DNA from: Rhizaria sp. SCN 62-66
Lineage: Eukaryota
Assembly: GCA_001724265.1 (NCBI GenBank)
Contig: MEDY01000134.1
Coordinates: 1 to 64,000, forward strand
DNA: 64,000 nt
Direction: 5' to 3'
A model generated the notes under the pieces. The model was not told the DNA's origin. It saw nothing but the letters and a program-made list of their open reading frames with translations, and ran no database searches. Shown in pieces: positions 32,439 through 44,989 of this stretch (positions within the stretch are counted from its first letter, which is position 1; each line of letters opens with the position of its first letter). The position numbers and the translations under genes were made by a program.

Positions 32439-32909
32439 TTAGTCGTCCTCCTCCGAGCGGCGGCGGCGCTTCTTCTCGCCGGCCTTCTTCTGCGACGCCT
32501 CAGGCACGTGGTTCGGGTCGGACACGGCGTCCTGGAAAAGCATGATCTTGGCCTCGTTGACCTTACCGGCGAGCAGCGGAGAACCGCCCATATCGGGGTG
32601 ATTGAGCCGGATGATGACGCGGTACCGCTCCATCACGTGTTCCTTGGACGACGACTCGCGGCAGCCAAGAATCAGCGCGGCCTCGCGCTTGCTCATCTTA
32701 TCCTCGAACCCGCCCTCGTAGTACTGCGGTTTGACCGTCATATCGATCGGCGGGGGCGCGTCAGGCTCGGGGACCGAGTTGGCGGCGGCCTTGCCGGCGC
32801 GGAGGGCGCCGACGATGTACTTGCTGCCCAGCGCCATGGCGCCAAAGCCCAGCGAAGCGATCGCCAAGCCCATGGATTGGGCCGGGCGCGTCGGGCGCAG
32901 CGCGAGCAT
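32439..32909 (-). CDS. PAM18: Mitochondrial import motor J-protein PAM18/TIM14 (DNAJC19-like)
   Basis: N-terminal hydrophobic segment, then YYEGGFEDKMSKREAALILG...NHPDMGGSPLLAGKVNEAK. Confidence 0.93.
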   Translation of the reverse strand: MLALRPTRPAQSMGLAIASLGFGAMALGSKYIVGALRAGKAAANSVPEPDAPPPIDMTVKPQYYEGGFEDKMSKREAALILGCRESSSKEHVMERYRVIIRLNHPDMGGSPLLAGKVNEAKIMLFQDAVSDPNHVPEASQKKAGEKKRRRRSEEDD

Positions 32910-33142
32910 CTGGGGTCCGCGGGGAGTCGTCAAAGAGAAGCGAAGTTGAGGTTGCTTGGGGGGTGTTGGGGAGGGAAAAGAAAAGAGCTGGGAAAAAGGC
33001 AAGACGGGGCACTAAAGGATGAGAATTAAGGAATTGAACAAATACAATTTCGTTGATATATGGACACCCTATTAATAATCCTTTTACGGTCACTACGTGT
33101 CCCTATACGATGTTCACACAGTCCCCGCTCTCAGTGTCCTGT

Positions 33143-33205
33143 GTGACCGACCGAGTCGACTCGGCTGGTCGGTCGACTGACCGAGCGCCAACGGGTGACC
33201 GAGCT
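33143..33205. promoter_or_regulatory. Nested inverted repeat / GACCGAG motif cluster in the PAM18-RPT4 divergent spacer
   Basis: Perfect 14-bp palindrome CCGAGTCGACTCGG at 33151-33164, overlapped/flanked by GACCGACC (33145) and GGTCGGTC (33167); GACCGAGC again at 33179 and 33197. Regulatory function is inferred from position only. Confidence 0.45.
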
Positions 33206-33587
33206 TTTGACTGGGACGGAAGTTAAGTCGTCTCACCACAACCGACTCTTGGTGTCTGGTGGTCAGACCTGTTCTTTTCGAGCCGCTTCAAAAAAGCGGT
33301 GCAATCTGGGTCATGGCTTCCGTCCTTTGGAGATCTGATATGTGTTTGGAACTGCCTGTGGGCGGAAACGTGCGATATCTTTGTTTGTTGTCTTCTATAT
33401 GCCTTCCTTTCTCACCAATTCGTGCCCTGATTTTCTGCTCCACTCTTTGTGTCTTCCAGACCCAACAACTAACTCTTCCCTCGCTCCCCCTCGCGCCCAG
33501 CTCAGCTCCAGTTGTGTTGTGGAACTTCATCGCTCCTGTACTCCTAATCCTGCTCTCTGTAGCGTCTACTCTCCACTCCTAAGCACA

Positions 33588-35020
33588 ATGTCTGCCGACC
33601 CCGAGCGTGAGCGGATCATCAAGGTACGACTCTTATTTCACCACTCGCGAACGAAGGAAACCTCAAATCGAACAGTCGAACCCCAAATTGCAAGCAGCGT
33701 AACATCATATGTTTGTGTTAGACATGGTACCACGCATATCAACCATCTTCCCTATCTATCACTTTCCACTCACCCAACTTCCCGTGCTATATCTCTTTTT
33801 ACTTTATTGCTCCCATCGCCTTCCTTCCGTTGCTCCCGAACCAACACCCTCTTCGCGTGCGTCTCCCTCCGTCTTAACAGGAGTTCCGCTCCGTGTTCCG
33901 CACGCACCGCGACATTGAGGCGGCGCAGAAGAAGCTCCGCCTCGAGATCCGCGCGATGCAGCGCAAGTTCGATGAGTCCGAGGACCACCTCAAGGCGGTG
34001 CAAAACAGCGGTCAGATCATCGGTGAAGTCCTCAAGCGCCTCGACGACGACCACTTCATCGTCAAGTCCTCCTCGGGCCCGCGCTACGTCGTTGGCTGCC
34101 GCACCAAGGTCAACAAGGACAAGCTCACGGCGGGCACTCGCACGGCGCACGACATCACCACGCTGACGATTATGCGCATCCTTCCGCGCGAGGTTGACCC
34201 CATGGTGTTCAACATGGTCAACGAGGACCCGGGCGTGGTGCGCTACTCCGACATCGGCGGGCTCAACGACCAGATCCGCGAGCTCCGCGAGGTCATTGAG
34301 CTGCCTCTGTCCAACCCCGAGCTTTTCGTGCGCGTCGGCATCAAGCCGCCCAAGGGCGTGCTGCTCTACGGCCCCCCCGGTACCGGCAAGACTCTCCTCG
34401 CCAAGGCCCTGGCTAAGAACATTTCCGCCTCGTTCCTTAAGGTCGTCGCGTCGGCGATCGTGGACAAGTACATCGGCGAGTCCGCGCGCGTGATCCGCGA
34501 GATGTTCGGCTACGCTAAGGACCACCAGCCGTGCGTCATCTTCATGGACGAGATCGACGCCATCGGCGGCCGCCGCTTCTCCCAGGGTACGTCGGCGGAC
34601 CGCGAGGTGCAGCGCACGCTGATGGAGCTGCTGAACCAGCTCGACGGCTTCGAGCAGCTGGGCCAGGTCAAAATGGTGATGGCGACGAACCGTCCCGACA
34701 CGCTCGACCCCGCGCTCCTGCGCCCCGGTCGCCTGGACCGAAAAATCGAGATCCCGCTGCCCAACGACATGGCGCGGCTGGATATCCTCAAGATCCACGC
34801 CGCCAAGATGGCTAAGCGCGGCGACATCGACTTGGATGCCGTAATCAAGCTCACCGACGGGTTTAACGGCGCGGATATGCGCAACGTGTGCACCGAGGCC
34901 GGCATGTTTGCCATTCGCGTCAAGCGTGACTACGTTGTTGAGGAGGACTTCATGAAGGCGTCGCGTAAGATTGCCGAGGCCAAGAAGCTCGAGTCCAAGC
35001 TCGAGTACGAGAAGGTCTAA
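33588..35020 (+). CDS. RPT4: 26S proteasome AAA-ATPase Rpt4 (PSMC6), 391 aa; exons 33588-33623, 33881-35020
   Basis: [68 protein letters not shown]-terminus [12 protein letters not shown]. Confidence 0.97.
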
Positions 35021-35837
35021 GAGCGAAGCAAGCAAGGGGCGACTAAGTGACGACCGCGAGGGTTAGTCTGATAGTGATACGTTTTTGTTTATAAGTTTGT
35101 TGTGCAATATATACGAGTATTCTAGTAAAGCTAGGGTGTATGATGCTAGCTTTGATGCATAATACTATAATTATACGAATATAATATAAATACAAAAGAA
35201 ATAACCCAAGTAAATTCGTTTAAACTTCTCGTCTCTTCTGAAGATCATTTTGCGAGTCACGATTGACGATTAAGACGCTTTTGTGAGGATAGATTTAAGT
35301 TTGTGTTAAAATCTTGCAGTCTTATCGTTATTGAGAATTTTGACAATTTAAAAATTAAGAGTTCAGTTCCGGCGATCTTTTTTTGCATCGCCCGAAATGA
35401 GAATAAGAAATGTTCAAGCAATAGAAAATGTGTAAGCCTGCTATTTTGTCAGAATAATGTACATATGCGTCACTTATAAAAGAATAAACAATAAAACAAA
35501 TTAGTAAGCACTTTATACAGTATAAAAAGAAAAGTATAGATATGTACATGCACATTTAGATGCAAAGAGACAGCAATGTATTCTAACAATGTCGCACTGG
35601 AACGCAGACAAAGTCGTCTAATGGTCTCAAAACCTTGACTAAATAACACGAAATGCCACAAAAATATATAGCATTTCCAACAAAAGAATAAAATAAAATA
35701 TACTGGTAATACAACACTGATCACAATAGTTCAACTCCATGAGTTTCTCTCGCGTCACAGAGCCGCCATAGCCTCGAGAGGTTTGTTTGGTTTTCTTCAG
35801 TCAACAAAACACTCCCATGAAAAGCGAGTCCGTCGAG

Positions 35838-38800
35838 TTAGACAAAGTGTTTGCGGATGACCCTATTGAGCAGCGCGACGGCGTCCACAGCGAGCGTCTC
35901 ATCGAGGATGAGGAAGTTCGCGTCAGGCGCCGCCCGTTCCCCGCGCTCAGCGGAGTCGCGCCCGTTGCTCTCAATCGCGAGTAGCTGCTCGAGATCGATG
36001 TCGGCTGGCACGGGGAGCACTTTCCCTGCGGTCACAGCGGGCCCTGCGGCCGCAAGGCGGTAGAGACCGCGCTCGAGCTCGGTGAACGTCCACGCCAGTG
36101 CGCGCAGCTCAGCGGGTTTCACCAGCGGCGACACGCGAGCGATAACGCCCTTGTTCACCAGCACCATGTACGTGTAGCTGCGCCACCGCAGCGGCGCGCG
36201 CGCGCCGTTCGCCGCAGACGCAGACGCAGCAGCGGCCGCAGCGGCAGCGGGCCCAGAACCCGTTGCCGCCGTGTGATTCGCGGTTGACTTCCCGGACAGT
36301 GACCGGGCCCTCGCCGCCGCCGCCGCTGCCGCCGCGACCGCCGACGGGCCGTTGTTGGTACTCGCAGCAGCGGGATTCGCGGTGTTGGCGGTGTTGCTGC
36401 GCGAGCCAGCCGCCGCCGCAGCAGCAGCGCGCGCTCCGCCGTGCATACACGCGTCTAAGTACGCCTCATACGTCGCCACACGGTCATTCAGCCGCACTCC
36501 ATGCGCGTCGACGACGGACAACACCGCGCCGAGGTGGCGGATGCGCTGCCGCGTCTCGGCCAGCACATGCGCGCGCGTGGGCAGCTCTGACAGCCACTGC
36601 GAGACCCACCGCGCGCACACGCGCTCGGACCGCGCGCAGCCGTCGGGAGCGACCTGCACTACGGCGCCCGGCGCGCTGAGGCATGCGCGCACGGTCGCCA
36701 CGGTAAGTTCGGTTGCGCTCGCGCCGCTGCTCCGGCTGCTGCTGCCGGCGTCGACGTGCGACGCCTGTGCTGCAGAGCTGAACTCGGAGGCGCGAAGAAG
36801 TTCGCCGTGCTCTGGAGCGCTGCGGGGCGTGCACAGGGCCTCGAGCATGGCGACGACGTCGGCGACCTGCTTCGAGGGGCGGAAAGCGGCGGCCGCGGCG
36901 GCGGAGGCCTCGGCGAGGGAGGACGCCACAGCCGCAGCGCCCACCGCCACACCGGCGATATTCCCCACCACAGGGCACGCCGTGTTAACGCCGTTGGCGT
37001 CAGAGACGGTGGTCGTATTAGCAGGCGCGGCGGGGTCGAGGACTGGGGCGGCGCAGCGGGCGCATTGGAGGCCCGTTTCGCCCTCGAGCGCGTCTGCGGG
37101 CGCCGCGGGGACCGCGACGGTGGCGCCGACGCTCCACGCACAGCTCGGGCACAGCACGACGACAGCGGGGGCCGCGGAGTCACAGGTACCGGCACTCATG
37201 GGGGAACTCGAGTTGAGAGACAGAGTAGCGGCGCGTGAGTTACGGTCCCAGTCAGGGTCACTATGCGCTCGCACCCACGGCAAACTCGCGCGCAGAAACC
37301 GCAGGAGCGCGGTCACGGGGGCTCGCGCCGCCCACCCGTCCGCGCCAGGCGGGCCCGACACGGGCGCTGAACCAGAGACTGAGCCTACAGCAGAGGCGGA
37401 GGCGAGGGCAGTGGGCTCGTCGTCGTCCTCCTGCAGCTCAGGCACCGTCGCAGGCGCATAATTCGATACATTACCAGAGACGGAGGCCGGGACTGAGGCA
37501 GAGAGAGGAGCGGATGTAGACGCAGATGCAAAGACCGCGGGGGTGTTAAGGTGAGACGCGACCGGGATGGGCACCGCGCGCGAGGCTGCACGGCGGAGAT
37601 CAGGCGCGCTCAACGCGTCCAGCGGCGGGAGGTATCGCAGCACGTCCAGTAAACGCCCGTAGACAAGCATGTCCGAGGCGTGGGTCGCGGCTTCGGCGGC
37701 GGCGTCGGCGGTGGCAGCCGCGCCCGCGCCGCCGAAGCCGCCACTGGGGCCGCCGCTGTGGCCGCCGCCGAGCGTGCTGTGTGAGTGGCTGTGCATGCCG
37801 CTGACGCTGACTTCCCGCGATGACCCGTGGTGGTGATGCAGTAGGTGGCCCAGCCCCCCAGCACGTGCAGTGTAGCTACCCGCACCCGCACCAGCGCCAG
37901 CGCCAGCGGTATTGGCATTACTCCGCTGCGCCGCAGCGCCGCCGCCGCCGTTGTTGCGGTGGCGCGAGGGCGACTGCGAGCGCGAGGGCTCACGCGTACC
38001 ACCATGAGTGCTGCTGGTACCCGTGGTACCCGTGGCCGGGCGGCGGCCGTCTGGCGAAGGGGACGACGACCGTGCGCGCGCCCAGTCTGCGCCGCTGTTG
38101 TTGGCGCTCACGCTCCCAACGTTGTTGTTGATCACGTTACTGTCGGTACCTGTGAGGACGCGTGAGGACGCGCCGCGCGCGAGGAGGATATGCGCGGACG
38201 GCAGCGAGCGCGCGAGCGCGGACGTCGTGATGCCGTTGTTGACGGCGCCAGCGGCCGCCGCTGCTGCAGCTGCAGCAGCGTCGGCGTTCAGACTACCGCA
38301 GGGAACACCGTTACCAATCGCCATGTTCGCGCTGGCCCCGCCGTTGCCGCCACCGAAGGCAGCAGCAGCGGAGGCGGTGGAGTCGGCGGCGCAGGCGGCG
38401 ACCGCGGCTGCGGCGGCGGCGTTCGTGGCCGCGACGGTCGACTGTACCGCGACCTGCACCGTGCTTGGGTCGCGCGGGCGCAGCACCAGCGAGCTCTGCA
38501 GCGCGGCGCGCTCGTCGTCGGCCGACAGCGCAGGCAAACCGGGGAAGAACACGGCGAGGCAGCGGCGGACTTCGCCGAGGCCGGTGCGAGATAAACCGCG
38601 TGAACCGGGATAGGACGTCGTCTCCGCGGGGGCCGCTAGAGTGCCGTCGGGGCTCGTCGCAGTCGTTAAAGGCGCGAACTCGGCCTCCCAGGCAGCGTCT
38701 TCGGCGGCGCGCGCGCGCTCGGCTTCCTCGGCGTCGTCGTCCTCGTCGTCGTGGTCACTGTCAGTGTCCGAGGCGGTGGCATTCTCGGCTTCCTCATCGC

Positions 38801-41800
38801 CGTCGCCGTCCGCTGCGTCGTCGCGGTCATCGCTGTTGCTGTTGTTGTTGAGGTTCAAGCTGCTGCTGTTGTTGTGCAGGGACGCGAGGGCGAGCGCAGC
38901 GCGGGCGCGGGCGGCGTGGGCCTTTGACGCCGCCGCCTTGCTGTTGTGACTCTTATCCGCGGCGCTCGAGTTCACAGTCACGGTCGTGGTGCTGACCGCA
39001 GTCGGAGTCGCGGGAGTGCCACCGTCGCCGCCGTTGCCATGCGCGCGATTGTTGTTGTTGTTGTTGTTACTGGCGGCGTTGGCGAGGCTCGCGAGCGGAC
39101 TGACCGTCTGGGCCAGCAGCGACACGCGGCGGAAATGACTGGCGTTGATGCCGCGCGCGCGGGCAGTGGCGACTTCGCGCACTTGGCTCGACGCCATGCC
39201 GCCGTACACAGGCTGGGCGGGCGTCGCCGCGGGCACCAGCGACGGGGACACGTGCTCAGAAGCACTGGAGACAGCTGTCACATTCGCAGTTGCTTTTGGA
39301 GATGACGTGTTGTTGTTGTCAGCAGGAGAGCCAAGCGACTTAACTTTGCTGTTGCCAGTGCGCGAGACACTCACAGACAACTTGGCCTGCTGATTGACAC
39401 TGCTAGCATTGCCACTCTTGTTTTCGCCGCTGTTGTTCATTGAGCAGACTGAGTCACTGCGCAGCGCCGCGCGCTCGGTCTCGGCGTCGACGCGCACCAC
39501 GGCGGCCATGTCGTCGAGTCGCGCGCGCAGCAGCAACAGCAGGTTATACAGCCGGCCGGCAGAGGAGAGCACGGGCTGCTGCGTCCGCAGAAGCCGCGCC
39601 AGCGCCAGAGTGTCCACTTCGCTCTCGTTCTCTCTCGCAGCGCTTGAGGCGTTCACATTGGCGTTGTTGCTGTTGCTCTGGGAGGCTGAGGAGAGGTGGC
39701 CGACGCCGACGCTGCCGGCCGTGTTTTGTTGTTGCTTGACAAGAAGCGCAGCGAGCGGCTCGACCATCGTGACGCGGCGGAAAAAGGCGCGCATTCGTGG
39801 CACGTGTCTGTCGATAAAGTCGTTACACGTGGCCATGTGTGGCTCCGAGGCCGCGTTGAACGGGTGCCCGTTGGCGATGCGCTGGACGAGCCGCGCGAGG
39901 GTCACGAGTGTCTGTCGCGCGTACCGGCTCGGCGCTGTTTGTAGCAGTTCGAACGCGTGGGGGGTCACGAGAGCCGGGTTAAGGATGCGCAAGATGAGCA
40001 GACTCCCGACGAAAGCGTACTCTTCGTCCTCAGCGAGGGCGGGGAAGCGCGCGCGGGCCGTTTCGGCAATGCGGCGGCACACCCAGCGCACGCCGTGGGG
40101 GAAGGAGTCCGCGGAGAGATATAACGCGGTCAGCAAACGCTCGGCGACTGCGAGCAAGACGGCCTAAGGAGCGCGAACGGAAATGAAGATTACACGATTG
40201 AGATAAGTGAGAAATGGGAATATCAAAAATGAATTCGATAAAAAAATAAGAAGATACACTGAAATATCAAGTTGATATGGCGCAATAGAAAGATATTTGT
40301 TGCTAAATTAACGTACTTGGCGGAAGTCCCTCTCCGCTGCGAGCACGGGCAACGACGCCAGAGCCGTTTGCTCCGCAGACGCGAGGGACATTGCGGCGCC
40401 GCTGCCACCGCTGTTGCTACCGTCACTGCTGCTGCTGTGGGTGCTGGCTTGCTGTGCGGCTGCGGCGGCGGCTTTGTACGCAGCAACCACGCCCTTGACG
40501 CTGCTGCAGTCGTTCTGCGGACTCGGTGGCGATTTGCTGCTGCTGTTGTTGTTATTGTTATTCGCACTCGAGCTCGAGTGGTTGGGCGTGTGCTGCTCCC
40601 AGTCCAGCACCAGCGCCTGCGGCCTCAGCTCCAGCCGCAGCTGCAGCCCCGCCGTGGCCTCGGCATCCTCCGCGCTGGCCCCCGGCAGCACAGGCACCGC
40701 CACGCCAGCGGCCTCCGCGCCCGCCGCGACCGTGGCCGCGGCCAGCCAGCGCACCGTGGGGCCGAGCACCTGCCGCACCGCGGCCAGCCCCGCGCCGCGG
40801 CGCGCGTAGGCAGTCAGCATCGCGCTCAGCGGCGAGTTGCCGCGGAGGAACGTACCGGCGTCGTTGCACTCCATCGCTTGGTGTGTGATGGCGCCCGCGA
40901 AGAGATCCAGCAGCGCCTGCTCCAGCGCGCCGTCGGCCGGGTCGCCGAAGAGCTCCAGCACGACGCTCTGCACCAGCGCGTCGGCGCGGCCGAAGGACAC
41001 GATCCAGTCGGCGGAGTCGCGGCCGACGACATGCGCGAGGGCAGCCAGCAGTCCGGGCCGCCGCTGCAGCACGAAGACGAGCGCCTCGGCCGCGCCGCGC
41101 TGGGCGCGGGACAGACGCAGCGTCTGCGGCTCAGTGGCAGCCGCAGCCGCCGTCGCAGTCCCACCAGTCGGAGCCGCCGCAGCTTGCGCACCGGCGGCGT
41201 TGGGGCCTGTTGAGGAGGACTGGGACTGCGCGGGCGCGGGAGTGATGCCGAGCTCAGTGGCGTTGGGGGGCAGCGAGGCGCCCATAGGCCGCGCACTCGC
41301 CGCCGCCGCAGCAGCAGCGGCGGCGGCGGCAGCGGCGGCGGCGGCGGCAGCTTCACGCTCTTTCGCGGATTTGCTGCTGTTGCTGCTCGAGTTGTTGTTG
41401 TTATTACGGGCAGTGGCAACGTTGTGGATGTGGAGCTGGATCCGCGAGTCTAGCCCCGCGACGGTGCGTTCGAGCGCGAAGTTGCGCTGCGAGGCCCTGA
41501 GCGCGCGCAGTCGCAGCGCGGCGGCGCGGGCGCTGGCGCGGTGCAAAGACAGGGCGGCGGCGGCGGAGTCGGCCCGGAGACACGCCAGCACGGCCCTGAG
41601 CGAGGCGACGGTGACCGCGCCGGCGCCGCTCCCGCCGCTCTTGGACTGGGGGTAAGCGTGCGCGTGGCCGTGGCCGCCGCTGAGGGGGTGGCCGTGGGCG
41701 GAGGTCGCGGCGGCGGCGGTGGTCGGGGTCAAGGGAACCGAGGCGGCGGCGGCGGCGGCCAGCGCGAAGCTCGCACTGCTGTCGTTCGCAGCCGCAGTCG

Positions 41801-43583
41801 TATTCGATGTGGTACTTGCTGCCTTCTCAGCAGGAGTTGCAGCAGTGTCCGTGTTGATAGAAAGTGCGATGCCGGGGGTCATCAGAGACGCAACGTCGTT
41901 GTTTCTATCGAATCCAGAGCTGCTGCTGTTGCTGCTGTCCGTCGCTGCAGTGCTGCTGGGGCCGGTGCCGAGCTTCTGGTGCAACGCGAGCGCGGACGCC
42001 AGAACGGACTTCGACGGCGGCTGCTGCTGTGGGGAAGGGGAGGCGGGCGCCAAGGGCGACGGCGAGGCCCAAGACCGCGGCGACTCTGCGCCCTCGATGC
42101 CACCCCTGTTAAAACTCCCCCCCATGCCGCCAAAGCCACCATTGATACCATTACCATTACTGTTGCTGAACGCGGCTGCGGCAGCCCGCGCGCGCGCCAT
42201 CTGCGACAGATTCGCAAACGGATTCGCCGAACCGCCACCTCCGCCGCCGGCGGCGCCGAGGCTGCCGACAGGCGGGGAGCGGGCCTGCAGTCCAAACGGA
42301 GACGATGCCGCGGGGTGACCGTGGGTCAGCCCGGCGCCGGCAAGGGAGGACGCGGCGGAGGAGGAGGACGTGGTGGACAGTGCGGGGGACGGGGACGGCG
42401 CGGGTGACCGGCCGCCCATGTAAGTACCCCCAATGTAAGTACCCGCGCCCGGTAACGCGGGCCCTAAGGCGGCGGCGTTGGGGGGACCGACAGGGATGTT
42501 GCTGCTGTTGAACGGCGCCGGCGCAGTGGTAGTCGCAGTCGCCGTGTTGCCAGCGGAGGTGACGGCGGCGGCGGGGGTGGGTGAGCCGAAGTTGACCGTG
42601 CTCGAGCGGGCCCGTCGGCCGCCCGCGGCCGCAAGGCCTGCGAAGTAGTCGTCGTCCGCAGACGCCGTCGCGAACGTCAGGTCTGCAATCCCCCCGTTGC
42701 CGTTCGCGCCGTCAGCATTGCCGCTGCCGCTGCTGTCGTCCGCTCTCGCGCCGAGACCGGGGCCGGCGAGGAGAGTGGGGGCCCGGTGCTGGCGGTTGAG
42801 CGCCCACCCGCCGGGGCTGTTGGCGATAGACGTGGCGTTTGCATTGGTGTTGAGGCCGTGGTTGTGGAGCGCGGAGGGTAAGGGGGCTGAGGAGGGGCCA
42901 CCAAAACGGCTGCGGGCGCGGGAGCGGTCAAACGGACTCCCGTTACCAGCGTTACCAACACCAAGACTTGCACCAAAGCCAGAGTTGGAGTTTGGAGAGA
43001 AGGCCCCGCTGTTGCTGTTGTTGTTGCTTTGGCCGATGAGCATCGCCGAGGACCGAGCAGGCTCAAGCCCAGCGCCACCGGGGCCTATAGCACCGGGGGC
43101 GGCGTTGTTGCCGGGGCCGAAACCAGGGCTGAGACCGGGACTCAGACCGTGGGCGTTATTGTGGTTGTAGCTGAAGCCGACGCCCCCGGCGCCGCGCAGG
43201 CGCGCGAGGGAGCCCTTGTGCTGCAACAGCGACGGCGGTGACGTCACCGCGGGGGACGCCATCGCACTCGCCCCGCCCGCAGCGACGGGAACGGGGGAGG
43301 AGGCGCTGGGCAGCGCGGGCACGGTGTCGCTGTGGGCGGAGCTGTTTGTGGTGGCCGAGTCGCTGTGGGAGCGGCCACGCTCGCGGTGCGCGAACAACGC
43401 GGCGTCGGCGGGCTGCGGCTGCGGCGGAGTCGCAGCAGCAGCAGCAGTAGCAGCAGCAGTAGTAGCAGCAGTAGCAGCAGCAGCAGAAGTGACAGCAGCA
43501 GTGGCAGAGGGGGAAGCGGCGCTAGCATTTAGGGTGGCGAGGGGCAGCAAGGACGCCACGGAAGCGTCGTGAGGGGCGCTCAT
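35838..43583 (-). CDS. Large IQGAP/DGAP1-type RasGAP-domain protein (2530 aa); exons 43583-40317, 40163-35838
   Basis: GTFLRGNSPLSAMLTAY, FPHGVRWVCRRI, VGSLLILRILNPALVTP and LARLVQRIAN are RasGAP motifs. The C-terminal YTYMVLVNKGVI resembles RasGAP_C. Phase-0 GTACGT intron at 40316-40164. Confidence 0.88.
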
Positions 43584-44989
43584 GCCCGGTTACAGGTGCA
43601 AATTACGGCAGGCCGTAGCAGGGTGCACTGCGGAGAGAAGGGCACTGACCCGGGAACTGGGGGGAATGGACTGGCCCGAGGACCTGATACGGTCACTAGG
43701 CGGGGCAAGAGGGCGAAAGGAAACGCACCAGCAGGAGGGCGAAATAAAAGATTTAGCAAATAGAATTGAAACATCGCATTAAAAAAGAGATTAACAATAG
43801 AACAAAGACATTGCACGCAGTTTTGACAATGGCGAGACCGGGAAATCTCATTAATCAGGAGAGTCCAAATCCACTTGCTCGCTGTCTGCAGTGCCCGCCC
43901 GTGGCCACCACTCGCAGAACAAAATAAAAAAATAAAAAAAATGGGTCACTGGTCACAAATTGCCGTCACGTCCACCACCAAAGAGCAGAGACAGCAACTT
44001 ATCTGGACATTATGTCAATATCTAAAGCAAAGCAAAATCACTTTTTTTTTTTAATTTTTAAAACTGGCTCTTGAACTTGGCAACAGCAGGTGTAAATTCG
44101 TTGAATCAGAGTTTTATCACGGAGCGCAAAGCACCATTCACGCGTCGTCTTAGCTGCGCTGCTGTTCCACACGGCGCAGTTCGCCCCAGCTAATATTTCC
44201 AGGGCACAATCTAGCTTTGACTATGTGCGTTGCTGATCTCTGGCGCCCTGACCGGGTGACTGAGACACTGAGACGAGTCCCTCCTAAAGTTGACTTGAAA
44301 TTTAACTTGAGTATGAATGACGTTTGTGACATGACAACGACGCACCGCGTCACTCAAATTAATGTTGCGGAGGTTGCGACTGTGACCACGGAGACCTTTA
44401 TAAGTTAGGATCATTTCGCTACGGTCTTAGGGCGCAAGAGTCCGCATGATCAAATGAACACCGGCACTTCAAGTTGCTAGATTTGCAGCTGTAGAAGCTC
44501 GTAGACATGCGTCACGTCTAGCTGCTCAAATTTTCAGACAAGAAACAAAACAGGGTATTGCAAGAGTTACTAAGGCAACGGGCTAAAAAACCTGTTAAAA
44601 ACGATTAAACGACGAAGAGGAGCAATTTCATATGTGGTTCCCGGTCCCTATTGCGTCTTTTTTTTTTTAATAAAAAAATATTCCCGCGAGTCAGCTGTCG
44701 CGAGACGGCGGTCCGTGAACGCAAAACTGCGACCAGCGCGCAGTCATCGTATATTCCGCCAAACAGTTCACGAAGAAGTGCAATAGGTATTTCGCTTAAC
44801 AAAAAACTTTTCTTCTTTATACGACTTTCTAACTTCTCAATCTTCCCCGTTTATTCGCTGCAGTCCGTCTCCTCTTTTTCCCCTCCCGCAGTGAGACGCA
44901 TCCCTCCCGTCCCCCTTACTTCCCGACTCCCCCGCAGCCCACCTCCGGCCCCGCGCGCTCCCTCCGCCCCGCCCCCGTCCGCGCGCGCC

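Noticed and set aside
33770-35035. Long antisense ORFs opposite RPT4, and likewise opposite COPG, NDK, cyclophilin, NCBP1 and others
   Set aside because: These are shadow ORFs expected from very high GC3 on the coding strand, and they have no protein-like motifs.
44651-44989. N-terminal extensions given by the ORF track from TTG/GTG or upstream starts (also 28210, 33342, 57294, 61610)
   Set aside because: They run through pyrimidine-rich UTR or intron sequence; homology and targeting signals begin at downstream ATGs.
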